From: Octopus vulgaris
Taxonomy: Eukaryota
Assembly: GCA_951406725.2 (NCBI GenBank)
Contig: OX597814.1
Span: 126,294,001 to 126,358,000, forward strand
Reading direction: 5' to 3'
Length of the DNA stretch: 64,000 nucleotides
The stretch's first letter is position 1; every line of letters begins with the position of its first letter. This document shows, one piece after another, positions 24,129-37,399 of this stretch. Position numbers and translations under genes: made by a program. The notes below the pieces were generated by a model that saw only the letters and a list, made by a program, of their open reading frames with translations, was not told the origin of the DNA and ran no database searches.

Positions 24129-26624
24129 AGATTTGTTTAAAACTAAATTATTAATTGGAGGGACAATGGCTTGGCAGAATTAGATTGAAATCTTCGCTGT
24201 ATTTGACTGCATCCTTTTATGTTCTCATTCAAATATCAGTCAAGAACCATTCTCTGTTCAATTTTTAAAATTTTACTTTTAACTGTTGTTGCTCTAATTT
24301 GGCATAAATGTGTGTGTGTGTGTGTTTTTGAGCTTTTCAGTGCTGCAAAACACTGTTTCCTAAATAGCAATCATTAACATACACGATAAAGGTATGTTGA
24401 ACTCTGTCAAGAAAAGGTAAACTGAGTTTGTAACCTAGTTTCAATTCTGCCACGGCGCCATTCCAACGTAGTTATGCTATTTACTTTCTCTTTGCAATGT
24501 ATAAATATCAAAACATTTCTTCTTATTTTCTGTAATCAATAGAACCAGTCACCCTTTGATGGATTCTCTGAACTATTGATTCTGTTCATCACTCTTGTGA
24601 GGAATGAATAAGTATTGATTGACATGGCATTTAATTCCTGAAGTAGTAAACAATTGGTCAGCTTTGAGGTTTTTTTTAGATAAAAAGAATAGATACTAAA
24701 AAGTCAACTGGTTGTATCAGAAGAGGCAACAATAAAAATAGTAATAAAAATAAAAACTACAAAAGTAGAGTACAAAGATATAGCTTACATCAAATTTTCC
24801 ATCAAATTTCTATTTGTTTCATTTTTCTAACTGCCCAGCTATCTTGAAACACTTCTTCACGTTATCAAAATGTCAGAATGTAAAGAACAATGTTAGAAAA
24901 CAAAAAAAATGAAAAAGAACTACTACCATAGAAATAAAACCTCATTTCATTTTAGAAGGGCATAAAAAGTCTATTGTCCTTTATTACCATTATGTATCTT
25001 AGTAGAATAATTGTTCCATAGTGCTGGTTATTTATTTATTCCTGTCTATCTAGTGTAAGGAAGTCGTTGGATGGCGAGGGTGGTAAGGAGGTTATATGCT
25101 GGTTTGTGGGGGCGGGTAAGAGGGATATGTAATGATGGTGGTGATGATGGGGATTTGGTGGTGGTGGTGGGGGTAATGTAATGATTAATTGAACTTCGAT
25201 CTCAGTTGATGGTATAACATTATTTTTTATAGATCAGATATTGTGGTAAGAGGAAGTGGGTTATATTCTATCCTAACGATACACAGACAGATGAACACAC
25301 ACACACACTTGTATAATAGTGTAATTCTTCAGCTATATTGCTCTAATAATGAGAAAAAGAGGAAAGCTATAGTTGTATATGGCCACCCAGTTCATTTAGC
25401 CATACAACACCCCACATTCCCCCACTTGACTACACACACAGCCAACATAATAACCAAATCATAAAGACAAATGAAATTTCTTTGAACTTTGACCAACATA
25501 TTTCATTAAAAGAAAGAAATTCTGCCACTATTTTATCAGGTTCATTATATATCGTCCCAGCCCTAGTTAGGCCAGCAACTTCTTTGCCACAAACCTTAAC
25601 ACATAAATATACCATAACCAACAAAAACAATACTCTTCATATCAGAACAGGCAACATACATCCTCTTTTACATTGATAAGCTACACACTGAAGTATAAAT
25701 ACTTACACTCAGACTCTTTTAGTTATTTGGCTTGATGCTTTATTTCACTGGTTAAAGATTATTTTCAATAAATTAATATATATAGTGAGAGAGAGAGTGA
25801 GACGCTAGAACACATCTGGAGTCTATATATTAGATTCTACAGTCTAAAAGTTTACATACATTACCTGTCTGGAGTCAGTGAAGAAGACACTATGTAGCCA
25901 TTTGATTTGCTAGACTTCTCTCATATTACAGCCTCCTCCTTTGTGTCATTAAGCCAACAAATGACCCCTGATGATTTCTTTAACATGTGCTTGCCATGGG
26001 AATCAGTTTGGGACTGTTCTCAGCAAGTGGTGTACATACTGGTTGTCCATCTTGACACATGGATAATGTAGTCTGATATGCAAAAATTCAGAAGGGAATG
26101 TCATGGCTAGAATACTTGACTGATGATGTGTAGCTATAATGGTCAATATATATGACTGGTCATATGGAACTCTTAACAGTCAAATTGTGGTGAAAAGGTC
26201 TGCATAAATAAAAGTCACCTACCTACTATAAAACAAGCCAGTAACACTTAATATCCTGCTGATACTGAAGTAGTCCAGAAACATTAATATTGAATTTAGG
26301 AATCTTATTGTTGCCTACTGCAAGGGCTTATACGGAAATATTAAAATAGAGGATAAAAAAAAGATAAAATTGTCACATAATCATTTTGCTTGTTTGTTTT
26401 CTGCTTTTATTTTTACATGTTTGCATGGGATTGGTGAATATTTTATTTGAAGCATTGTTTTAGTCAGATGCCTTTTCTGATACTAGCCTTTACCTGTTTT
26501 TTATGTAAGGGATCACTTATTCCACATAGCTTTCAAGGTACATAGTGCCCAGGTGATTTGTTGACAGGTGAAACTAACAAAGAATCCAGCTGCTACACTT
26601 TTGAACAAGCAATTGTTGATTAGA

Positions 26625-26782
26625 CCAACCCCAGTGCATAACTGGTACTTATTTAATCAACCCTGAAAGGATGAAAGGTAAAGTCGACTTCGGCAGACTT
26701 TGAACTCAGAACATTGCGGCAGGCGAAATACTGCTAAGCATTTCACCCGGTGTGCTAATTATACTGCCAGCTCCCTGCCTTA
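26625..26782 (-). mobile_element. Family A SINE
   Basis: Reverse complement of the 147-300 sequence, with B-box-like GAGTTCAAAG. Confidence 0.8.
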
Positions 26783-26814
26783 AGTAATAATAATAATATT
26801 AATACTAATAATAA

Positions 26815-27345
26815 TAAATGCCCTGATGCAGTACCATGTACATTGTTTTGTCTTGGTATAAATGATGGGCTACAGCAAATATTCTGCTAATACCACAGAT
26901 TTGCTTGTCAATTGTTTGGCCTTAACCAGTTGAACATGTCCCTTAGTGGCAGACAATATGTGCATCTCTGATCACGAGCAGAAGTAGTGGGGGAGCATCA
27001 TAGCCATGTGTTGAGAGGGATTCTTTGGGGTTTGAATAATTCACCTCTGGAAACATGGGTGTTTCGTTCAACATCCTTAGACAACCCATATTCAGGGACC
27101 TTTTGAGCGGGATGGGTTACTCGACAAGAAGAAAATTCTAACTGGGCCCCCACCTGCAAGGTCATGTGCTGTTTATTTTGATATGAGGTTACTATGTCGT
27201 ACACATATGGTTGTGACACATGTGCCTGGTGTACCCTTCTCAGACGGGTAGTCATGATGGGTATACTGGGCTTCGTATATTTTACCCTATTGTCACTTTG
27301 ATGACAAGCACTGTTCTCTCACTCAATAAAAAAAATAATAATAAC
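26815..27345 (+). mobile_element. ~510-bp non-coding interspersed element (family E) within (TAA)n
   Basis: Colinear high-identity copy at 34922-35410. Same start (AAAT.CC.TGATGCAGTACCA) and AATAAT-type end. Confidence 0.8.
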
Positions 27346-27395
27346 AATGTATACATATATATGTATATTTATAAATATATATGTGTGTGTGTGTG

Positions 27396-27890
27396 TATCA
27401 TCATCATTGTTTTTAACGTCCGCTTTCCATGCTGTCATGGGTTGGACAGTTTGATTGAGGACTGGCAAACCAAAAGGCTGCACTAGGCTCCAGTGTGATC
27501 TGGCAAGGTTTCTACAGCTGGATGCCCTTCCTAATGCCAACCACTCCAAGACTGTAGTGGGTGCTTTTTACGTGCCACCACCGAGGGTCAGTCAGGCAGT
27601 ACTGGCATTGACCACACTTGAATAGTGCTTTTTATGTGCCACCAGAACAGGAGCCAGTCAGGCAGCACTGGCAACTACCACACTCAAATGGTACTTTTTA
27701 TGCACCACCGGCATGGGACCAGTCAGGCAGCACTGGCATCGACCACATTCATATGGTGCATTTTACATGTCACCGGCACAGGAGCCAATCCAGTGAGACT
27801 GGCATCAACAATGCTCGAATGGTGCTTTTTACATGACACCGGCACTGATGTCTGTCAGGCACTACTGGTATCAGCCACACCAATGATTGT
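27396..27890 (-). mobile_element. RTE 3' UTR with ~60-65-bp internal tandem repeats
   Basis: Tail consensus plus about 5 units of GGTGCTTTTTACGTGCCACCGGCAC...CAGTCAGGCAGCACTGGCATC. Confidence 0.8.
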
Positions 27891-30002
27891 AAAATACACA
27901 CACACTCACACATTACTTGTTTCTATCTATCAGGTCCATATATATATGTGTGTGTGTGTGTGAACCAGTGATTGGCCTATTAGAAATCTATAACAAATAT
28001 GACTATTCTTCACAAATGCTTGTTATAAATAAAGAAAATATGTAAAATAACAATGAAAAACCATAAACACTTCAATGATCCTCTCATTTTATCCTCATGC
28101 TGGACTGTTGGATCAATAACAAAAGACGACTGTACTTATTTTATGAACCAGAGTGGTGCCAGTCTCCTTGAAATCATACCCTACCATCTTAGAAAAAGGA
28201 CGCATTAAACTATGTAGTCTAGATATACAAAATGATTATTGAATAGTCATGGGTGGAATGCCTTTGATCATAGATTTGCTCAATTAGTGCTGACCTGGTG
28301 CTAAACAACAACAACTGATGTAGAGGTGTCAGTATTATCATATAAATATCAGATACCTCCCTTTCTCCCACTTTTCTTAGAGTTGTATAAGCAAGATGTA
28401 GACAAGACATCAGTAGTTGAATGACAAAGCTAAATCAATAAATTCATTTGGTACAGTTGATTTCTTAAGAAATCTCTATCTTACCATGTTGTCATTTAAC
28501 TGAATAGGTTTAACAACACAGCTTGTTCACATATTCTCTTTATAACTATCGCAACCAGTTAATGTTTCAAGAGTAGAATGCAGCTATATTTTAACAGGAT
28601 TTTTCTCACTTTATGACCAATAAAATTCATTAGTTTCTCAGTGAGTTCTATATTTGCATATATGATAGGTCATTATTTCCTCATTTTCTCCTTCTCCAAG
28701 CTAATTTAAGCAAGTCTATTGCTTTGAGCTATTTTTGTTTATTATATACAGTAAACTTCACTCATAATTGTTTCATAGAAGGATGATGGTATCTCTTTAC
28801 TAAAGAGATCATTTTTTCCGTCTATTATTGTGGTTTCAATTTTTATGAGACTTTTTTGTTTCATTCTGCAAATTGTGTCAGTGTTAGATTTTTATTTTAA
28901 TCTAGGGGTTATTGAGTTGCTGAGTCATGTGACAATGAAACATCTTTCTCATAATAAAATTTATATTTTGGTACTAGCCTGTATAAGGAGATAGAGATAA
29001 AGGACTGCCAAGGTACTGAGTTACTGAAGTATCGAGGTACTGCCCTACCAAGGTACTGAGCTACTGAGGTAATTAGTAATGCAAGTAATGAAGTATATGC
29101 ACATACTTAAAATAATGCATTTGTAGCAAATCACTTATAATAATATGTATAACTATACTTTTGGTGTATTAACAATACAAACTCACATTCACAAATTTGA
29201 TCAGCAGCTTATTTAAGGATCAATCAATGACATGCCTCTGTGTTCACAACAGCTCTATTTCAGTTAATTTGCTAGTGATTCTGGCAAACTTCAGTGACAT
29301 TCCTTTACAGTGATATTCTTTTAAAAGGGTTTGCCACTAAACTGCATTTCATGGAAATGATATGCTGTTCAAACTATCTTCTGTTGAATGAAAATTGTTT
29401 GCCAATAACAGATTCAAGCCATACGTGTTCCGGATTGAACATTGCTTACTACTGTGATGATGGAAGTCAAAATTATTCGAGAAATAAAGAAAAAAAAAAG
29501 CAATGAACTATTCTAAGCAAATGACATTATAAAAGAAAGAGTCAATTTACTCCTTTCTCTTCTCGTTTTAAATGAAGTCACTTCACCATACACTGAGTTG
29601 TTTATGTGTTACCAAACCATTAGCCAGGAGCAAGCTGATTCACTTCACCTTCTTTCTTTTTCCTTCAAACTACCACATGAACTAACTGTACCACAAGAGC
29701 CATCATAACCTTTAATTCTCTACCACAGATCTCTCTTATCAGCTTGTCTAAACTATTGGGCATGTTTTAAGCTGAACGAACAGCCCCCATAAAAAGATTG
29801 TTTATTTTCTCTCTCATTTTTAACATTGTGACATTATTTGCTCTAACATAATGCATCGCTAAGAGAAACCATAATTCACAAACACCATATATAACACATT
29901 TTCTACACATGAATTTTTTAATGAACATTGATACCTGAACATTTGTATAACCCATTTCTATGAACACATGAGGCTGTTTCTTTTCTTTTCTGATGTGTGT
30001 AT

Positions 30003-30044
<42 letters not shown>

Positions 30045-30269
30045 ATGCATGTGTGTGTGTGTATTTGAATTGCTGCTGTTTTATAATGCTTTGAACTGCT
30101 GTTTTATATCACTTTGAATTATCCCATCACTTAGGCTGAACAGATCTATATGCAAGGTGGAAGGTGGAAAATAATGCAAAATTTATATATATATATATAT
30201 ATAAAATTACTCTTCATTTTTCTATACTTTATTTTACCATACATTTATTTTTAAATTATATGTATGTAT

Positions 30270-30575
30270 TGTAGGTGCAGGCATGGCTTTCTGGCTAAGG
30301 AATTCACTTAGTAATGCATGGCACTATGGGCAAGTGTGTTCTACTATAACCTCAGGTTGACTAATGCCTTCTGAATGAAATTTGGTAGACAGAAAATATA
30401 CAGGTCCATTTCTGTGTGCGCGCACGTGTGTGTGTGTGTGTCTTTACATTGATACTGCATGGAGAGTGATGAAGTTTGAGTTCCATATAAACTGTGCCCA
30501 GCTGCTCCTTTTGATGCCTTATCCAACCTATATCAGCATGGAAAAGTGAATGCAAATGTGATGATGGTGATGCTT
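30270..30575 (+). mobile_element. Degenerate family C SINE head joined to an RTE-type tail
   Basis: GGGCAAGTGTGTTCTACTATAACC...TTTGGTAGACAGAAA followed by CCAACCTATATCAGCATGGAAAAG..GATGATG. Confidence 0.55.
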
Positions 30576-30711
30576 ATTTTACAGAAATTACTAAATTTAA
30601 TGTAGTGTGGAATAAAAGAAAATGTGTCTTTACAGTTAAACTACTGGTGCATTCCACATGGCATGTTTAAAAAGAGAACAATTTTAAGTTTTAAAATTTA
30701 CAAAATGTTTT

Positions 30712-30752
<41 letters not shown>

Positions 30753-30949
30753 TCTTTTACTCTTTTACTCTTTTACTTGTTTCAGTCATTTGACTGCAGC
30801 CATGCTGGAGCACCGCCTATATTTATATAAAGTCTATCAAAAGATGTATACACGCTTCAGGAAGGAAAGAAAATGTGTAGAAGTATTTTAATACTAGATT
30901 CATTCAGAAATTATAGGATTAATTCAAATTGCCTTTAACCCTTTTTGCC

Positions 30950-31505
30950 TTATTTCAGAATAGTGAACCAACATAGTTGTGTTTACTGAGTACCAGAAAA
31001 TCCTTGCTTGCATGTAGACAAGGTAATCAATGCACCAGGGGTAAATGTGTAGTATGGAATGTCATCAAGAGGTTTAATAGAACCAATTTTCTTGGAGGCA
31101 TCCCCAGACATGCTACACATGTCAATTTTACCTGCCCTACATGCACTTTATGGAAATGATTAATTTTTCTTTCAACATGATGGTGCACCACCACACTACT
31201 GCTGAGACATGCAAGCTTACTTGAATAAAAATATGCAAGAACACTGGAGAGGATGAAGAAGTGCAAATGAGTTTCCCAGATGTTCTCCCAATTTAATGCC
31301 TGCAGACTTTTACTTATTGAATACTTTAAAGGATATTGTGTATCACAGAAAACTAGTTATACTGACAGACCTTCAGGAAGAAACTGAAATGATATGTGCA
31401 GCAATCCTACAGGACAATCTTGCCAACATTGCCCAAACAGTAGCTTGCCATACTAATAAGTGTCTTTGAAGCTAATGGTCACACTTCATGCAGCTCTTGT
31501 AATTG
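30950..31505 (+). pseudogene. Tc1/mariner DD41D (rosa/VS-type) transposase remnant
   Basis: FFQHDGAPPHYC*DMQAYLNKNMQEHWRG*RSANEFPRCSPNLMPADFYLLNTLKDIVY. I count 41 residues between the two D's. The TGA stops probably derive from CGA. Confidence 0.85.
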
Positions 31506-31529
31506 TAGAGGTTAAAGGTCATTTGTACT

Positions 31530-31910
31530 AATTCAAATGCTGGGCCTCACAGATGAGATGACAAGGAACCAAAACTTTTGACAGTTTGTTATGCTTAAGA
31601 AGACACATTAACTAAGTAAATTCATAGCTGTTCTTGCATACAGGCATGTCCTTTACATCCCTCTTCAGCTGAGCAGTCCTAATCTTGCGGGTTCATGGAT
31701 ACTAGTGCCACGTAAAAAGCACCCATGTCAGTGTCATGTAAAGGCATCTGTGCCTGTGCTGCATAAAAGCACTCAGTACACTCTATAAAGTGGTTGGCAT
31801 TAGGAAAGGCATCCAGTTGTAGAAACCATGCCAAAGAGACATGGAGCCAGCTCTGGTCAAATTGTCCAACCCATGCTAGCATGGAAAACAGATGTTAAAT
31901 GATGATGATA
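31530..31910 (+). mobile_element. RTE 3' UTR copy
   Basis: GGTTGGCATTAGGAAAGGCATCCAGTTGTAGAAACC...CCCATGCTAGCATGGAAAAC...GATGATGAT. Confidence 0.8.
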
Positions 31911-31916
31911 GGTGTG

Positions 31917-31947
<31 letters not shown>

Positions 31948-32277
31948 ATCATCATCATCATCATTTAATATCTGTTGTCCATGCTGGCATGGATTGGACA
32001 GTTTGACCAGGGCTGAAAGGTCTGCACCAGATTCCTGTTTGATTTGGCATGGTTTCTATGGCTGGATGCTTATGTGCCACGACTGCACTTTTACTTGGTT
32101 TGATGAGTCTTCTTCTCAAGTACGAGATAATGCCAAAGATCTTGGTCATTCGTCATTGCCTCTGTGAGGCCCAACACTTGAAAGGAGCATTCACATGCCA
32201 CCAGCATCAAATACTTTGTCTCCAAGATGCCCAACGCACAAAAGGTGCTTTTTACATGCCACCTGTATGGGTGCCAG

Positions 32278-32278
<1 letters not shown>
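31948..32278 (-). mobile_element. RTE 3' UTR copy, tail-to-tail with 31530-31910
   Basis: (CAT)n TTTAATATCTGTTGTCCATGCTGGCATGGATTGGACAGTTTGACC plus internal modules. Confidence 0.8.
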
Positions 32279-32334
<56 letters not shown>

Positions 32335-33771
32335 ATATGTATATATATATGTGTGTGTGTGTGTGTGTATATGTATATATGCATATGTATATATGTATAT
32401 GTGTATATGTATATATGCATATGTATATATGTATATGTATATATGTATATATATATTTATATATGTATATATATGTATATATAAATAAATCTATTACTTT
32501 GTTTTAGAAATTGTATTTGTGCATAATAAAATTCTAAATAAGAGTTTGCAAGATGCTTAAGCATTAGTATAGATTTTCTAAAACTTTAAATTATATATTG
32601 AAAAAAAAATCAGTAGTGTTGCAGTTTAATGCAGTATACTGTTTGAAAACCACTACTACAGTGTGTTGCTGATGCATCTGTGTTTCTAATACAGTTATAT
32701 TGCTAGCACAGTTGTTGGGCCAATACTATTGTGTTGCCAATCCAGTTGTGGTGGCAATACAGTTGTGTTAAAGGGAAAGAGAATATGAGAATGTGGATAG
32801 CTGGCCTGTTGATTAGAACATCTTGTTTAAATACCTTTGTTGATGATATTTGCCTAAAGAGTGTTAGTTTGGAAGGAGATTTTTCTCATATAATGGCAGA
32901 ATACTTGATTATTAAGGTTAGCGTTGCGATCCTATCTCATTTGCCCCTGGTTCTTCTTGTTTCTTCTAAAACCCTTTATTTTCATTAGTGACTGAAAAGG
33001 AAGTCTTCAATTTTTCAAAGACAGACATGGTATAAAAGAAGTTTGATTTTTGCAGTTGTCAGTTGTTGTTTTGTTGCACAATGAGACAACAGATCAATAG
33101 ATGAGTTTTAATCATATAGAAGATCCCTAATGTCGCCCTAGGCAATATACTGTAACATTATCCTTGATTCTTATCAAATCTTCAATGTTAACATCCTTTA
33201 TCTGATAAAGGAATCAGTTTTACAATATTTACTTTCTCTGCTTGCCTCATTCACATTTCATTTCATGTAACACGAGACATTCCTTCAGAATTGTGCTAAC
33301 AAATAGCCATGTAACAGTTGAAGTTCCTTCAGACTTGTGTTAACAAATAAGTCACAGTTGAACAAAAAAACAAAAAGCTAATACTGTTGTCATTGACAAC
33401 AACATATATATGTGTATGTGTGTGTCTGTATATATATATATATGTATATATTGTGAAAAGGCAAAGAAGCATGTATGTTCATTTCCAACAAGCTATCTAG
33501 GCTGTAGCATTTATTAATTTGAACACAGTGATGACCTCAATGACATTAAGTCAACACAGGCTTCAGATATCACCAGCTTACCATAAGATGTGCTAAAATT
33601 AATGGGATTTCCTCCTTCTCACAGAGGAAGTCACCAGGAAAAAGAAAAACAGTTATTTCTATAAATAAGGAATGAGATTTGGTTGGGACTTTTTTTAACT
33701 TTGTCTCCAACAAATTTTTGTTAACAAATTTGAATTTGGCACTGCCATCAAATGTTAGCCTCATAGAAAAT

Positions 33772-33815
<44 letters not shown>

Positions 33816-33859
33816 CCAACAATAATCATTTCATCATAGTCAACTATGATGAATGAGAA

Positions 33860-34090
33860 ATACATAGGTTTGGGGCAATGAAGAAAATGGACATAATACC
33901 AATAGTGATTGGTGCACTTGAAAGTATCAGTACACAACTATCAACACGACTCAAAAAGATTAAAACTAATGTAAAGATAGAAAACCTTGAAAAATCATCT
34001 TTGCTTGGTACTGCAAGAGTTCTCCACAGGATTCTTGAAGCCTGATCGGTAAACAAGTGTCACCTTAGTATGCTGGCTGTGGACAAGAGA
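33860..34090 (+). mobile_element. R2-group (R4/Dong-like) LINE extreme 3' end
   Basis: MKKMDIIPIVIGALESISTQL...ENLEKSSLLGTARVLHRILEA* is the typical C-terminus of restriction-like-endonuclease LINEs. Confidence 0.8.
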
Positions 34091-34119
34091 AAGCTGAGAT
34101 ATTTCATATAATAATATTT

Positions 34120-34697
34120 TGGGACAGCCAGGAAAACAATTAACCACCTTATTTCTGGATGCTCTATGCTTGCTTCAAATGAATATATTAATTGCCCTGA
34201 TAGACTTGGCTAGTATTTGCATTGGGTTGTCTAGACTCCCACAAGAGAAGAACTGATGAAAACATACACCTACCAAAGTAGTAGAAAATAAAAATATTTA
34301 CCATTCTTTTGAAATTTAGTATCCAAACTGATCATGCTATACAGGTCTGTAGACCAGATATTGGGTAAAAAAAATTTACAGTGACAAAACATATCTGCTA
34401 ATAGACATGTGAATCCCAGCAAACTGCAACACTTCTGTAAAAACATTTCAAAAGTTAAGTAAATATAAGGACCTTGAAATAGAGGTCTCAGAAATGTGGC
34501 AACTAGACCTGTGATCATCAAAGCTTTGAAAACAATACTTAAAAGGTGCTCTTAAACACATCGGCCAAATATCAGGAAACCTAAAGGTATCAGAACTACA
34601 AAAAATTGTTCTCATCAGTATTATCCACATCCTAAGAAAGATTTTGTCAACTTTAAAATACCTGATGATTATGATGATAATAATAATAATAATAATA
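34120..34697 (+). mobile_element. R4/Dong-like LINE 3' fragment (CCHC plus RLE) ending in (TAA)n
   Basis: TINHLISGCSMLA, CRPDI, YLLIDM, KLSKYKDLEIE, SELQKIVLISIIHILRKIL. Confidence 0.8.
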
Positions 34698-34902
34698 CTT
34701 GTTTCAGATTTAGGTACATGGCTAGCAGTTTTGAAAAAAAGGGATTAATCAATATCACTAACCTCAATACTTGATAACTACTTTATTTTATCAACCTCAA
34801 AAGGATGAAATGCAAAGATGAGCTCAATGGGATTTGAACTCAATGTAAAGAGGCACAAGAAATATTGCAAGGCATTTATCTAACACTCTAATGACTGTCA
34901 AC
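34698..34902 (-). mobile_element. Family A SINE between (TAA)n tracts
   Basis: AAAGGATGAAATGCAAAG...GGGATTTGAACTCA matches family A in reverse complement. Confidence 0.65.
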
Positions 34903-34921
34903 TTAATAATAATAATAATAA

Positions 34922-35410
34922 TAAAATACCTTGATGCAGTACCAGGCAGTGGCTCTCAGGGCTTCTGGTCTTGGTATAAAGGATGGGCTACAGTTAATAT
35001 TCTGCTCAATACCACAGATTTGCTTGTCAGTTGTTTGACCATGACCAGTTGAGCATGTCTCTTGGTGGCTGATGATGTGTGCATCTCTGATCATGATGAG
35101 AAGTAGTGGGTACCATAACCATGTGTTGAGAGGAATTCTTTGGAATTTGAATAATTCACCTTTGGAAACATGATTGTTTCATTCAACCCTTATTCAGAGA
35201 CCTTTTGAGCAGGATGGTCTCCTCAACCTGAAGAAAATTCTAACTGGGCCCCACTTTCAGGGTCATGCACTGTTTATCTTGATATGAGATCACTATGTTG
35301 TGCACAATGGTTGTGATGCATGTTGGGTATACTGAGCTTTGTATATTTTACCCCAGTGTCACTTTGATAGCATGCACTACCCTCTTATTCAATAATAGTA
35401 ATTATAATAG
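34922..35410 (+). mobile_element. Family E element, second copy
   Basis: Colinear with 26815-27345, with small internal indels. Confidence 0.8.
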
Positions 35411-35684
35411 ACAGAGATAGATGATAGTAGGCCTCTTTCAGTTGTAACCAAGATGAGTAAATTCTATGATCCAAACCTGAGCACAATCTTGGGTTCAGAT
35501 ATGGTGATACTCCTCTTGGCAGTGCTAGTGCAATCTGCAATCCAGAAACATAAGTGTCATCAAATATATCAATAAATAGTGATGTGAGTACTAATTTATG
35601 TAATGGCAATAGCTTATCTGCAAGTATTGACAAATGAGGACCGCAACAATATTTTCAATAGCAAATTTGTTACTGTCAATTTTA

Positions 35685-35980
35685 TCCTTCATTCGTTTCA
35701 GTCATTGGACTGTGACTATGCTAGGGCTTTACCTTAAAGGCTTCAGTCAAACAAATCAACCCCAGAACTTATATTTTGAGTCTGATATTTATTCTCTTGG
35801 TCTCTTTTGCTGAACAACTAAGTTACAGGGTATGTAAATGAACCAACACTAGTTGTCAAGTGGTGGTAGGGGAACAAACACAAAGATACACATGTGCACA
35901 TATACACAGATATATGCATACATTATGTATATGTTATGAAGGGCTTTCACAGTTTTCATCTATCAAATTCACTCACAGCC
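35685..35980 (-). mobile_element. Family C SINE, 5'-truncated
   Basis: Tail and body match 19505-19780. Confidence 0.75.
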
Positions 35981-37399
35981 AGAGATAAAATCACAGAATA
36001 TTTGTTGAAATGATTGTGTCACTTACAGCTTCATTCTCTGAAGAAAAGAGTAGTGTGATGTTTATATGGCAAGGTTCCATGTTTTATATCTTCATTAACT
36101 CTGTCATCAGTTAAAATAGTAATCAAAATATCACATAAGACCAAAGTTTTATATTCATATTCTAGAAATAACAGAAATACATAGTATTCTGTGATTTCTA
36201 TAGAAACATAGTGTTATATATATATATTTGTAGATCAATGTAGCAAATGAATATATGATGTTGCAAGACTAAAAATATACATTTACATAGTATGTAGATA
36301 ACTTTATGTTGCTGACTTCATTCAGATGCTATCCGTTGTCTGTTCTGTAAACTGAACGGATATGAAGTCTTTTGAATTTCTTAATCACTGTTAAAGGTAA
36401 ATATTTTCATAGGAAAATATTTACCTATTTTCATTCAATCATAATTACTCAAGTAATGCTGACTCTGTTTACTCAGCAACAACAACATTAACAACAAGTA
36501 TAATCTCGTGCTTAAGTGCAGTTAACCACAGTTACTCATCAACAAAACATTTTATTCTTTGTTAAGATTCTAGTTTCAGCACACAATTGATGGTATCCCT
36601 GCTTTTTAAATATGATACTTTATATAAAACTTTCTACTTGATAAACATTAAAAAAATATATATACTGGTTTTATTCTGGTTATTTCATTTAATTCCATTA
36701 AAATTAAATATCATTAGTCTAGTTTATATTAGAATTTCTGCAGAATATTGCTGTATTTGATGAAGTATTTTGTGAATATTTCTGTTTCTTACCACTCCTC
36801 TATAGATCTTAACATTACACACACACATACACACACACAAGCTGCATTTCATCAAGGAAACGTATCTTGTCTTTATTGATTTATGCCTAATCTCTGTTGT
36901 CTTCAATAGATTTACTGCTTCATTCAGCTGGCTAGTTGCACGATTGATGTGACAAGCACTTTTCCTCATCACTATATCTTCATTCGGGTGGAGGGTGTTT
37001 CTGCTATTATTAACATAAGTAATGATAGTTTTGATACTTTGTTGTACTCTTCGCCAACTATTGAAGAGAATTAGCAAAGCATAACTTTTGTCATTTAAAA
37101 AGGAATAATGGAAAGAAATGTTGAGATAGATATCTGTATGGTTGTTTGTGATAATGACCATCTACCATGGAACTAACAGATAAAACAATTTTGGTAAGTG
37201 CTATCACTCCCATACACACTTCGGAAAAATAGAATGAGTGCATTAAGTACACATATAAGGCATTACTTATAATGCTGTAGAATTTTTTTTATTTTTTTAC
37301 GGTCAACCAGTTCAAATCTGGAGGTACAAAAAACTACCACATTCTCTCTCTTTATTCTGAATCATATATAAACATTATAGTTACTTAGCAGATTTGGTG

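Noticed and set aside
32049-32507. Overlapping Y/I/C/V ORFs on both strands
   Set aside because: Artefacts of (TA)n/(TG)n microsatellites.
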